A stretch of 64,000 bases of DNA, taken from NCBI GenBank assembly GCA_964513735.1, contig CAZENU010000002.1, positions 24,173 through 88,172 of the forward strand, written 5' to 3'. Position numbers and translations under genes: made by a program. This document shows, in pieces, positions 26,287-34,856 of this stretch; the first letter of the stretch is position 1, and the number at the start of each line of letters is the position of its first letter. The notes beneath the pieces are model-generated. The model was not told the origin of the DNA. It was given only the letters and a program-made list of their open reading frames with translations, and ran no database searches. Source of the DNA: an uncultured Dehalococcoidia bacterium (GTDB lineage Bacteria; Chloroflexota; Dehalococcoidia; Lucifugimonadales; CAZENU01).

Positions 26287-27558
26287 ATGGCCACCAGAAA
26301 GCTACAGAGGGGTGTCTCGGTCGTGGGCAGCGCCGTATCGCGCTTCGGCGCTTTCCCCGGCACGAACTCCCGCGACTTGATGGCCGAGGCCTATGTAGAG
26401 GCACTCGCCTCGGTTGACAAGGGCTTCGACCCCGAGGACGTCGAGGCGCTCTACCTGGGCAACTTCACGGCGGACCTCTTCGAGGGCCAATCCCACCTGG
26501 GCCACCTGATGGCCGACCATCTGGGACTGGCACCGCGTCCCGCGACCCGGGTCGAGGGCGCATGCGCCAGCAGCAGCCTGGCGTTTCGGCAGGGCATCAT
26601 GGCCATCGCCTCGGGCCTGCACGACGTCGTCCTAGTGGGCGGCGTGGAGAAGATGACCGACGCTCCCGCCGCGGAGGTGCAGTCGTACCTGGCCGCGGCG
26701 GGCGACGTGCCCATCGAGGTCGACCAGGCCGCCTTCACATTTCCGGCGCTCTACGCGGCCATGGCCTCGGCCTACATGGCCCGCTACGGCGCCACCCGCG
26801 AGCACTTCATGCACGTGGCCATCAAGAACCACGAGAACGGCGCGCTCAATCCTAAGGCGCACTTCAACCAGTCGCTGAGGCAGACCATGGACCGTCGCCG
26901 CCAGCGTGCCGGCGAGCGGAGACAGCCGGTGCCCGAGTGGCGCGACGAGATCGATTTCCTGAACGACGAAAAGGCCAACCCGGTCGTAGCCTGGCCGCTG
27001 CACCTGTTCGACTGCTCTCCGGTCACCGACGGCGCGTCGTGCATGCTGCTGGTGGCCGACGAGATCTCCGGCAGCTTTACCGACAGCCCTGTTTCCGTGG
27101 TCGCCAGCTCCCAGGCCAGCGCCGGGCCCTTCGGAACGTGGGACGGCGACATCACCTCCATCCCGTCTGTCCGGGCGGCCGCCCGCGGCGCCTACGAGAT
27201 GGCCGGCGTCTCCCCGGCCGACATCGACCTGGCGGAGGTCCACGACTGTTTTACCAACGCCGAGATCATGGCAATCGAAGACCTGGGCTTCTTTCCCGCC
27301 GGCCAGGGCGCCTTCGCGACCTCCGAAGGCCTGACGGCCCGGGACGCCGGTGTCCCGGTCAACGTGTCGGGAGGACTCAAGGCCAAGGGCCACCCGGTGG
27401 GCGCCACGGGCACCGCCCAGTTGCACGAGGTCTGGACCCAGCTCCGGGGCGGCGCCGGAGAGCGGCAGGTCACGGGCAAAGACCTCCGCCTGGGGCTGAC
27501 CCACAACGCGGGCGGGACCGGCGGCACCTGCGCGGTCCACATCCTGGAGCGGCGCTGA
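26287..27558 (+). CDS. thiolase-family protein (SCP-x / archaeal-type acetyl-CoA C-acyltransferase)
   Basis: 423 aa with a nucleophile region EGACASSSLA and a C-terminal NVSGGLKAKGHPVGATG / HNAGGTGG. Confidence 0.85.
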   Translation: MATRKLQRGVSVVGSAVSRFGAFPGTNSRDLMAEAYVEALASVDKGFDPEDVEALYLGNFTADLFEGQSHLGHLMADHLGLAPRPATRVEGACASSSLAFRQGIMAIASGLHDVVLVGGVEKMTDAPAAEVQSYLAAAGDVPIEVDQAAFTFPALYAAMASAYMARYGATREHFMHVAIKNHENGALNPKAHFNQSLRQTMDRRRQRAGERRQPVPEWRDEIDFLNDEKANPVVAWPLHLFDCSPVTDGASCMLLVADEISGSFTDSPVSVVASSQASAGPFGTWDGDITSIPSVRAAARGAYEMAGVSPADIDLAEVHDCFTNAEIMAIEDLGFFPAGQGAFATSEGLTARDAGVPVNVSGGLKAKGHPVGATGTAQLHEVWTQLRGGAGERQVTGKDLRLGLTHNAGGTGGTCAVHILERR

Positions 27559-27559
27559 G

Positions 27560-27979
27560 GTGGGTCGCCAAGAACTCACGCTGGCTACGTACCGGCGCAA
27601 CCTCGCCCAGGGCAGGCTGACCGGCTCTCGGTGCCTCAAGTGCGGCGAACGCTACCTGCCGCCCAGGCCGATATGCGCCCGGTGCCATGCCAAGCGCATG
27701 GAGCTCTCCGACTTCAAGGGCGAGGGCACCGTGGCCGGGTTCGCGGCGGTCTCGGTGCCGGGCCCCACCATGGCCGACAGAGGCCACGGCCGCGACAACC
27801 CCTACATGACCGCGCTGATCACCTTGAGCGAAGGCCCCGGCGTAACGGCACGCATAGCGGCGCCCAACCCGGCCTCGCCGGACGGCGGCGTCCGCGTCGG
27901 CATGCCGGTAACGGCCGTCTTCGCCTCCGAAGGCGACGGCGAGGAAGCCACGGTCACGCTGATCTTCAAGCCGCGCTGA
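27560..27979 (+). CDS. DUF35 Zn-ribbon/OB-fold protein (thiolase partner)
   Basis: 139 aa with a GTG start 1 nt after the thiolase stop. The rubredoxin-like knuckle is CLKCGERYLPPRPICARC. Confidence 0.85.
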   Translation: MGRQELTLATYRRNLAQGRLTGSRCLKCGERYLPPRPICARCHAKRMELSDFKGEGTVAGFAAVSVPGPTMADRGHGRDNPYMTALITLSEGPGVTARIAAPNPASPDGGVRVGMPVTAVFASEGDGEEATVTLIFKPR

Positions 27980-28065
27980 CGAAGGCAATTAGACGGGCAC
28001 CTCCCTGAGGAGTCCCCGACGAAGGGCCTGGGGCGGGGTCCCATGCGCCACCACGCCAAAACCCT

Positions 28066-28090
28066 CCGTTCGCCCTGAGCCCGTCGTGAC
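28066..28090 (+). repeat. dispersed repeat family 1 copy
   Basis: Reads ccgttcgccctgagcccgtcgtgac. Confidence 0.65.
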
Positions 28091-28092
28091 CC

Positions 28093-28986
28093 CTAAACAG
28101 CCATAGTCCGGCCGGTCAACCTCCGGCCGGCGTCCGCGACCCCCCGATCCGCAGTGCCGATGATCCTCGCTCCCAACTCCTCGATGACGTACTTCGCCTT
28201 CTCCTCGTCGCTCATGATCGGGTCCGGCCAGCCGCCGTGGAAAGCGATCCCCGCCTTGTGGCAGGCCGAGATCACCGTTCTCATCGCGCCCAAGAGCTGT
28301 GGCGGATAAGGCATCGTCCGCAAGCCCGGGGCGCCGAAGGAGAAGGACATGTCTCCGGGCCCCCACTCGGCGAAGTAGATCCCCGGCGTCGCCGCGATGG
28401 CGTCGGCGTTGGGCAGCGCGTGCCGGTCCTCTATCTTCAGGCCCAGGAGCAGCTCTCCATCCGGATTGAGCGGCCAGGGATCGGCCCTGCGCAGGTACTC
28501 GTCCGAGCTGATGCCCCATATCGCGGCGGGCTGTGACTGACCGCCGCCCCCGCGGAATCCCTCCGGCAGTCCGAGGTCGCGGCCGATGGTCTGGAACGAG
28601 TACCGTGCCGTCGCGATGTAGGCCTTGACCGCCTCCGGGTCGCGGGCGTGGGTGTGGTTGACGCCGTGGGCGCCGGCCGTCAGCACATGGCGGGTCTGCC
28701 AGGCGTTGTAGATGACCTCGTCACGTGTCCTGCAGTTGGACGGCAGGGACGCGACGACGGCCGGCGTTGGGTGGCCGCTGGGCGTCGGCCCGCCGTCTTT
28801 GAGACCGCGCATGAAATCGGTCAGCCCCTTGATGTCGAATGCGAAGTGCTCAAACTCGACCAGCAGCATGTCGGCCCAGGTCTGCGACGCCTTGAGCCCC
28901 GACTCGTAAGTTAGCTCCGGCGCCGGCGTCGAGTACGCCGGCTGGCCCTGCTCCAGCAGCTCGATCACCTTGTTGATTCTCGCCAT
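28093..28986 (-). CDS. HpcH/HpaI-family aldolase (class II, pyruvate-specific type)
   Basis: 297 aa from ATG 28986. Pattern: ADMLLVEFEHFAFD ... LLLGLKIEDRHALPNADAIAATPGIYFAEWGPGDMSFSFG. Confidence 0.7.
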   Translation of the reverse strand: MARINKVIELLEQGQPAYSTPAPELTYESGLKASQTWADMLLVEFEHFAFDIKGLTDFMRGLKDGGPTPSGHPTPAVVASLPSNCRTRDEVIYNAWQTRHVLTAGAHGVNHTHARDPEAVKAYIATARYSFQTIGRDLGLPEGFRGGGGQSQPAAIWGISSDEYLRRADPWPLNPDGELLLGLKIEDRHALPNADAIAATPGIYFAEWGPGDMSFSFGAPGLRTMPYPPQLLGAMRTVISACHKAGIAFHGGWPDPIMSDEEKAKYVIEELGARIIGTADRGVADAGRRLTGRTMAV

Positions 28987-29022
28987 CTCGCTCCTCCTTG
29001 CAGCAATCCGCACGCTCGCCAC

Positions 29023-29391
29023 TCACTCGTCCACGACTACGTAGCCGCCGACCCCCACGACGGACTCCGCGCTGAGCCACGCCGCGAGCTGCTCCAGCTC
29101 GGGTCTGTCTACGCGGTAGTCCTCGTCCGAAGGGAGAACGGGGGCAGCGGAAGGTCCGGCAGCCTGCCATCCAGCCAGCTGGTAAGTATCGTCGATGTGG
29201 ACGTCGCGACCGGCCGAGTCGTCGTCGAGATCGACGGCAGGTGCCGGCTCTTCGTTCGTGAATGGCGGCTCATCGAGTTCGTTTTCCTGGGGCGTTGGGT
29301 GATTATCTTTGCGCAGGATCTTGAATACGACTATCGCACTCGGAACGGCGTTCCAGAGCCCTACGATGGTTTGCGCAATCGTGAGATCCAT
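29023..29391 (-). CDS. hypothetical protein, N-terminal TM helix plus acidic tail
   Basis: 122-aa ORF with no recognisable family. It ends 36 nt upstream of the aldolase start. Confidence 0.4.
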   Translation of the reverse strand: MDLTIAQTIVGLWNAVPSAIVVFKILRKDNHPTPQENELDEPPFTNEEPAPAVDLDDDSAGRDVHIDDTYQLAGWQAAGPSAAPVLPSDEDYRVDRPELEQLAAWLSAESVVGVGGYVVVDE

Positions 29392-29532
29392 CTCGGCGTC
29401 ATGTTACCAAGCACGACCGGAGTCGTGCACTGGCTGTTCCAGCCTCCCCCATCTCCCTTCCCCACGACTCGCCAGGTTCGTCCTGTCTTGTTTCGAAGCA
29501 TTCCAGGTAGCTATCACGGGCGGTACACAAGA

Positions 29533-29592
29533 TGTTCCATTTCAGCCACCGGTGTTCCACCATCTAGATACAGCGCGGTACAGAATGGAACA
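29533..29592. promoter_or_regulatory. candidate operator: TGTTCCAT / TGTTCCAC / ATGGAACA motif triplet
   Basis: tgttccat at 29533-40, tgttccac at 29553-60 and the inverted atggaaca at 29585-92. They sit in the divergent intergenic region upstream of the E1 alpha gene, and a CGGTACA flank is also repeated. Confidence 0.3.
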
Positions 29593-29720
29593 AAGCGCCG
29601 GCGAGCTTGACTACAGCCGGGCGGGCAGGCGCCAACGGGGCCGCCGTTCCTTGACTTCGATTTGGCTGGTATGCTACGAAAACGGCGACTCGGTTTCAGA
29701 TGCGCTGCAACGGGGTGAAC

Positions 29721-30719
29721 ATGGCTAACGCGACACCGGAAGACCTGACCCCGAACGACCTGCGGGAGATGTACCGGCTCATGCTTTTGGGCCGCAGGTT
29801 CTCCGAGCGGGCGATGGAGCTGGCGGAGGCCGGCCTCCTGCCCACCGGGCTGCATCCCAGTGCCGGGCAGGAGGCGGTAGGCGTTGGCGCCTGCTACGGC
29901 CTACGCGACACCGACTGGATCATACCCTCGCTCAGGACCACCGAGGCCTACTGGACCCGAGGCGTGACGCTGCTGCAGATGATGAACGCCATCATGGCCA
30001 ACTCGGGCAGCATCTCCATGGGGAAGGAGTCTTTCCACCACTGCGGGTACCCCGAGCTGGGCATCATCTCCGGCCCTGCCATCGTCGCCGCCCAGATCCC
30101 CATGACCGTCGGCGCGGCACTCGGAATGCGGATGAAGGGCACCGATGGCGTCGGCGTCTGCTTTTTCGGCGACGGGGCCACCGCGCGGGGCGACTTCCAC
30201 GAAGGGCTGAACCTGGCCGCGCTGCTCAAGGCGCCGGTCGTCTTCATCTGCGAGAACAACCTCTACTTCCAGACCGTCCCGACCGAGATAGGACTGCCCA
30301 TTGAGAACGTGGCCGACCGGGCCGCGTCCTACGGTCTGCCGGGCACCATCGTGGACGGCCAAGACGTGATCGCCGTCTACGAGGCGACCAGGGAGGGCGT
30401 GCGGCGGGCCCGCCAGGGCGAGGGGCCCAGCCTGGTCGAGTGCAAGACCTACCGCTTCTTCCGCCACCACTCGACCCTCAGGGAGACCAGGTCGCTGGAC
30501 GAGGTGGCGCGGTGGAAACAGCGGGACCCGCTGGCCATCATGGCCGGCTCGCTCAAGGACCAGGGCATACTGGACGACGCGACCATCGCCAAGATGGACC
30601 AACGTATCGGAGAAGAGTTGGATGCCGCGGTGGAAGAGTCGATGGCCACACCCGGGCCCGACGCCCGTGAGGCGTTCACCCACGTCTACGCCGAGCCCAT
30701 CGAGGCCATGAACATATGA
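29721..30719 (+). CDS. 2-oxoacid (pyruvate/acetoin/branched-chain type) dehydrogenase E1 alpha subunit, ThDP-dependent
   Basis: ThDP motif GDGATARGDFHEGLNLAALLKAPVVFICENN. ATG at 29721. Confidence 0.9.
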   Translation: MANATPEDLTPNDLREMYRLMLLGRRFSERAMELAEAGLLPTGLHPSAGQEAVGVGACYGLRDTDWIIPSLRTTEAYWTRGVTLLQMMNAIMANSGSISMGKESFHHCGYPELGIISGPAIVAAQIPMTVGAALGMRMKGTDGVGVCFFGDGATARGDFHEGLNLAALLKAPVVFICENNLYFQTVPTEIGLPIENVADRAASYGLPGTIVDGQDVIAVYEATREGVRRARQGEGPSLVECKTYRFFRHHSTLRETRSLDEVARWKQRDPLAIMAGSLKDQGILDDATIAKMDQRIGEELDAAVEESMATPGPDAREAFTHVYAEPIEAMNI

Positions 30720-31687
30720 GGACCCTCCAGGTAAGAGAGGCGCTGCGGGAGGCGCTCCGACAGGAGCTGGAAGCCAACCCCAGTGTCTTCGTATTCGGCG
30801 AGGACGTGGCCGGCTACGGCGGCCTGGACGCCGTCACCGCCGGGCTCCAGAAGGAGTTCGGGCCCGAGCGCGTGTTCGACACGCCGATCGCGGAGTCGGG
30901 AATGGCCGGGCTGGCCGTCGGAGCGGCGATGATGGGCATGCGCCCGGTCGTCGAGATGCAGTTCACCGGCCTGATCACCGTCGCGCTGGACCAGATCGCC
31001 AACAGCGCGGCCAAGGCCCGCTACGTCCACCAGGGCGGGCTTACGGTGCCGATCGTGGTGCGCACGATCAACTTCGGCAAGGGCAACGCGTACGTCGCCC
31101 AGGCCCTCGAGACGTGGGTGACCCACGTGCCCGGCCTGAAGGTCGTGGCACCCTCCAACCCCGCCGACTCCAAGGGGCTGATGATCGCCTCGATACGCGA
31201 CCCGGACCCCGTCGTCTTCGTGGAGCACGTCTCGCTCTACGGGCGTGAGGGGCCCGTCCCCGAGGAGCCGTACACGGTGCCGCTGGGCAAGGCGTCGGTG
31301 ACCCGTCAAGGGTCGGACGTCACGGTAGTGACCTATCTGAGCAACGTACCCATCGCCGAGGAGGCCGCCGACGAGCTGGCCGACGAGAGCATCAGCGTCG
31401 AGGTCGTCGACCTGCGCACGCTGGTGCCCTTCGACCGAGAGACCGTTTTGAGCTCGGTGTCGAAAACCGGCAGGCTAGTCGTGGCGCACGAGGCGGTCCG
31501 CCGTGCCGGCTTCGGGGCGGAGATCGTCGCCGTGGTAACCGAGAGCGAGACATTCCGTGACCTGAAGGCGCCGGTGGTCAGGGTGGCCAACGAGGGCGTA
31601 CCCGTCCCGCACAGCCACCACCTCTACCCCCACGTGCTTCCGGACAAAGACGACGTCATCGCAGGCATCAGGCGCGCCTTGGACTAG
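30716..31687 (+). CDS. 2-oxoacid dehydrogenase E1 beta subunit
   Basis: 323 aa with a 4-nt overlap with E1 alpha. Transketolase-like pyrimidine-binding and C-terminal domains are present. Confidence 0.9.
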   Translation: MRTLQVREALREALRQELEANPSVFVFGEDVAGYGGLDAVTAGLQKEFGPERVFDTPIAESGMAGLAVGAAMMGMRPVVEMQFTGLITVALDQIANSAAKARYVHQGGLTVPIVVRTINFGKGNAYVAQALETWVTHVPGLKVVAPSNPADSKGLMIASIRDPDPVVFVEHVSLYGREGPVPEEPYTVPLGKASVTRQGSDVTVVTYLSNVPIAEEAADELADESISVEVVDLRTLVPFDRETVLSSVSKTGRLVVAHEAVRRAGFGAEIVAVVTESETFRDLKAPVVRVANEGVPVPHSHHLYPHVLPDKDDVIAGIRRALD

Positions 31688-31724
31688 GCCAGCGGCACGC
31701 CCCACCTGACAGCGAGGCCGACGT

Positions 31725-33308
31725 TTGTACGACCTGCTGATTACCAACGGCCGCGTCCTCGACGGCACCGGCAGCCCCTGGTACAGGGCTGACGTGGCCG
31801 TCGCCGGCGATACGATCGTCGCCATCGGACGGCTGGCCGGCCGTGAGGCAGCGCGCGTCATAGACGCCACGGGCCACTTCGTCACGCCCGGCTTCATCGA
31901 GGAGCATGGACACTCGGACGTCACCTACCTGGTCGATCCCCACTCCCAGAGCGCCGTCCGCCAAGGAATGACCACCCTAGTCGTCGGCAACTGCGGGATG
32001 TCGGCGGCGCCGGTCTCCAACGAGATGCTCCAGACGTACCTGCGCGGCGCGCCGCTGTTCAGCTTCGACGGCTACGACTGGACGTGGGAAGGCATGGGCC
32101 AGTATCTCGAGGCGGTCGCCGCCGCACGGCCGTCCGTAAACGTCACCGCGCTGGCCGGCCACATGCCGGTGCGCGCCATTGTTCTGGGCGAGGCCAACCG
32201 GCCGGCCACGAAAGACGAGCGCGCGGACATGAGAGCGGTGCTGGACCGGGCGCTATCCGAGGGGGCCTGCGGATTCAGCACGGGCCTTACCTACCAGCAC
32301 ACCGTCTTCGCCGACACCGATGAGATCGCTGAGACCGCCAGGGCACTGAAGGCCCACGGCCGCTCCTACCACACGCACATGCGGAGCTACGGCAAGGGCC
32401 TGCTCGGCGCGTTGAAGGAGTCCATCGAGGTCGCGCGCCGCGCCGAGGTGCCGCTCGTCGTCTCACACATGTATCCGGCGGGGCGCGACTACTGGGGCAA
32501 GTCAGCCGACTGCCTCGAGATGCTGGAGCGCGCCCGCGACGAGGGCCTGGAGGTGGGGTACGACGTGACACCGTGGCTCAGGGGTGGCGGGCCGATCATG
32601 CAGATGTTCCCGCTGTGGGCCCGTGAGGGCGGCATCGACGCGACAATCGAGCGCCTCAAGAATGCCGACGTGCGCTCCGGGGTGACGGCCGAGATAGAAG
32701 GCGAGGGCCCGTACTCCATCGGCTCTCCGTGGGACGACCAGCTCATATGCCACGTCGGTGACCCGGAGCACCGGGACTGGCTGGGCCGCTCCATAGCGGA
32801 GATCGCGGCGGAGCGCGGCGAGCCGCCCGCGGAGGCGGCGCTGCTCATGCTCGTCGAGGACAAGGGCAACTACTGGGTGGCACCCACCAACAAGTGCGAC
32901 GAGGACATCGACCGGCTGATCAAGCACCCGATGGGCGTCCCGGTCGCCGACGGTTACGCCCTGGCACCCGAGGGGCCGCTGGCATACCAAGACCGTCCCA
33001 ACTCCTACGGCACCTTCCCGCGAGTGCTCGGGCGCTACGTCAGGGAGCGCGGCGTGCTGACCTGGGAGGAGGCCGTCCAGAAGATGACCGCTATCCCGGC
33101 GGCCAGGGTCGGCCTGTGGGACCGGGGTGTGCTCCGGGAGGGTCTTGCGGCCGACGTCGTCGTGCTCGATCCGGAGACCGTGATCGAGAAGGCGGACTAC
33201 TTTCACCCACAGGAGTACCCGGAGGGTATCGACTGGGTCGTCGTCAACGGCCAGGTGACGGTCTCGCCCTCTGGACACACGGGCACCCGGGCCGGCAAGG
33301 TCTTCTAG
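31725..33308 (+). CDS. N-acyl-D-amino-acid deacylase (D-aminoacylase) family amidohydrolase
   Basis: 527 aa with a TTG start. The N-terminus is LLITNGRVLDGTGSPWYRADVAVAGDTIVAIG and the metal motif is PGFIEEHGHSD. Confidence 0.85.
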   Translation: MYDLLITNGRVLDGTGSPWYRADVAVAGDTIVAIGRLAGREAARVIDATGHFVTPGFIEEHGHSDVTYLVDPHSQSAVRQGMTTLVVGNCGMSAAPVSNEMLQTYLRGAPLFSFDGYDWTWEGMGQYLEAVAAARPSVNVTALAGHMPVRAIVLGEANRPATKDERADMRAVLDRALSEGACGFSTGLTYQHTVFADTDEIAETARALKAHGRSYHTHMRSYGKGLLGALKESIEVARRAEVPLVVSHMYPAGRDYWGKSADCLEMLERARDEGLEVGYDVTPWLRGGGPIMQMFPLWAREGGIDATIERLKNADVRSGVTAEIEGEGPYSIGSPWDDQLICHVGDPEHRDWLGRSIAEIAAERGEPPAEAALLMLVEDKGNYWVAPTNKCDEDIDRLIKHPMGVPVADGYALAPEGPLAYQDRPNSYGTFPRVLGRYVRERGVLTWEEAVQKMTAIPAARVGLWDRGVLREGLAADVVVLDPETVIEKADYFHPQEYPEGIDWVVVNGQVTVSPSGHTGTRAGKVF

Positions 33309-33345
33309 TCCGCAGTATTGTACGGATGCGGGTTTACATTGGACC

Positions 33346-33373
33346 GTGGGGCGGGTTTGAAACCCGCCTCTAC
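33346..33373 (+). repeat. dispersed repeat family 2 copy
   Basis: Reads gtggggcgggtttgaaacccgcctctac. A related gcgggtttaca lies 20 nt upstream. Confidence 0.65.
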
Positions 33374-33421
33374 CAAGGCGGCGTGCGGCGCGCATCGGCG
33401 TCTTAGAGGGGGGAATCAATC

Positions 33422-34621
33422 ATGACCGAGAACCTCGCCATCGACGGCGGCTCTCCTATACGCGAGCAGTCCTTGCCGTTCACCAGGATAAGCTACGGCT
33501 ACGAGGAGCTGCGGGAGATCCTGGACGTCTTCGAGAGCGGCACGTTCTGCTCCGTCATGCCCTCCGCCGTGAAGGTGCCGGCCTTCGAGAAGGCCTTCGC
33601 CGAATACGTCGGCACCCGTTACGCCGTCGCCTTCAGCTCGGGTACGACTGCGCAGCACGCCGCGCTGGTCGCCGCGGGAGTCGGGCCGGGCGACGAGGTG
33701 ATCGTCCCACCCCTCACCTTCGCGTCAACCGGCTACACCGTGTTCATGGTCGGCGCCACCCCGGTCTTCGCCGATGTCGACGACGACACGATCACCCTGG
33801 ACGCGGCGCGCGTCGTCGAGGCAACCACCGAGCGCACCCGCGCCATCGTGCCGGTGCACTGGTTCGGTCACCCCGCCGACATGAACGCGATTATGGACCA
33901 CGCCGACCGAAACGACATCGCGGTCATAGAGGACTGCGCCCACGCCTACGGCTCACGTTACCAGGACCACGGCATCGGGACCATCGGCGCCATGTCATGC
34001 TGGAGCCTGCAGCAGTCCAAGGTCCTGACCGCGGCCGGCGAGGGCGGAGCTCTGGCGACCGACGACGAGGGACACGCCCAGGTGGCCAGGTCGATGCTCG
34101 ACCACGGCAAGGACAAGACCGCCCCGGCCGGCGTCGTAGACCGGTACTCCATCGTCCGAGTCGGCAACAACTACCGTCTCTCCGAGCTGCATGCGGGCTT
34201 CGCCCTGGCGCAGCTCAGGAAGGCCGAGCGTCTCCAGGATGCGCGAGAGGGGCACGCCCGGTACCTGGACGCTAGGCTGGGAGACGTGCCCGGTGTCCGC
34301 AGGCCCAGGCCGGCCGACGACGTGACGGTCGGTTACCCCTACTACCCGGTGCGCTTCAGCGAAGGGCACTTCAGGGCCGATCTGCACAAGATCACCGACG
34401 CCCTCCAGGCCGAAGGCATCGATACCATTCGCATCGCCGACGAGGAGTTCGTGCCGGACCACCCGCTGTTCCGGGAGAACAGCGACCCGGTCAACCTTCC
34501 GGTGGCGCGGCAGATCGGCAATGAACTGATGCTGCTGCCCCTGTACCCGGACATGGCCCAGTCGGACCTCGACGACATCGTCGCCGCCGTGAAGAAAGTA
34601 ACCGACGCCTACGCGGCCTAG
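33422..34621 (+). CDS. DegT/DnrJ/EryC1/StrS-family PLP aminotransferase
   Basis: 399 aa with a typical fold-type I sugar-aminotransferase layout (SGTTAQHAALVAAGVGPGDEVIVP ..., WSLQQSKVLTAGEGG). Confidence 0.9.
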   Translation: MTENLAIDGGSPIREQSLPFTRISYGYEELREILDVFESGTFCSVMPSAVKVPAFEKAFAEYVGTRYAVAFSSGTTAQHAALVAAGVGPGDEVIVPPLTFASTGYTVFMVGATPVFADVDDDTITLDAARVVEATTERTRAIVPVHWFGHPADMNAIMDHADRNDIAVIEDCAHAYGSRYQDHGIGTIGAMSCWSLQQSKVLTAAGEGGALATDDEGHAQVARSMLDHGKDKTAPAGVVDRYSIVRVGNNYRLSELHAGFALAQLRKAERLQDAREGHARYLDARLGDVPGVRRPRPADDVTVGYPYYPVRFSEGHFRADLHKITDALQAEGIDTIRIADEEFVPDHPLFRENSDPVNLPVARQIGNELMLLPLYPDMAQSDLDDIVAAVKKVTDAYAA

Positions 34622-34856
34622 ATGAGGTCTGCCCGCTTGTAACCAATGTGGAACCGTCTGGGTGGAGCGGTTAGGCGGGTCGGCGACGGCGAACGGATCG
34701 TGGAGATGTCGCTCCCTCGATGGGGCTACCTCATGCCCCGCCGCAGGCGCGAGGCGGGAGGGCGGGCAGCAAGAACGGGAAGGGCACCTTAACGGTAGGT
34801 CGGCCCTGGCGACCACCTCGCATTAGCCTGCATTCGGCAGATACGGAGAGACACTT

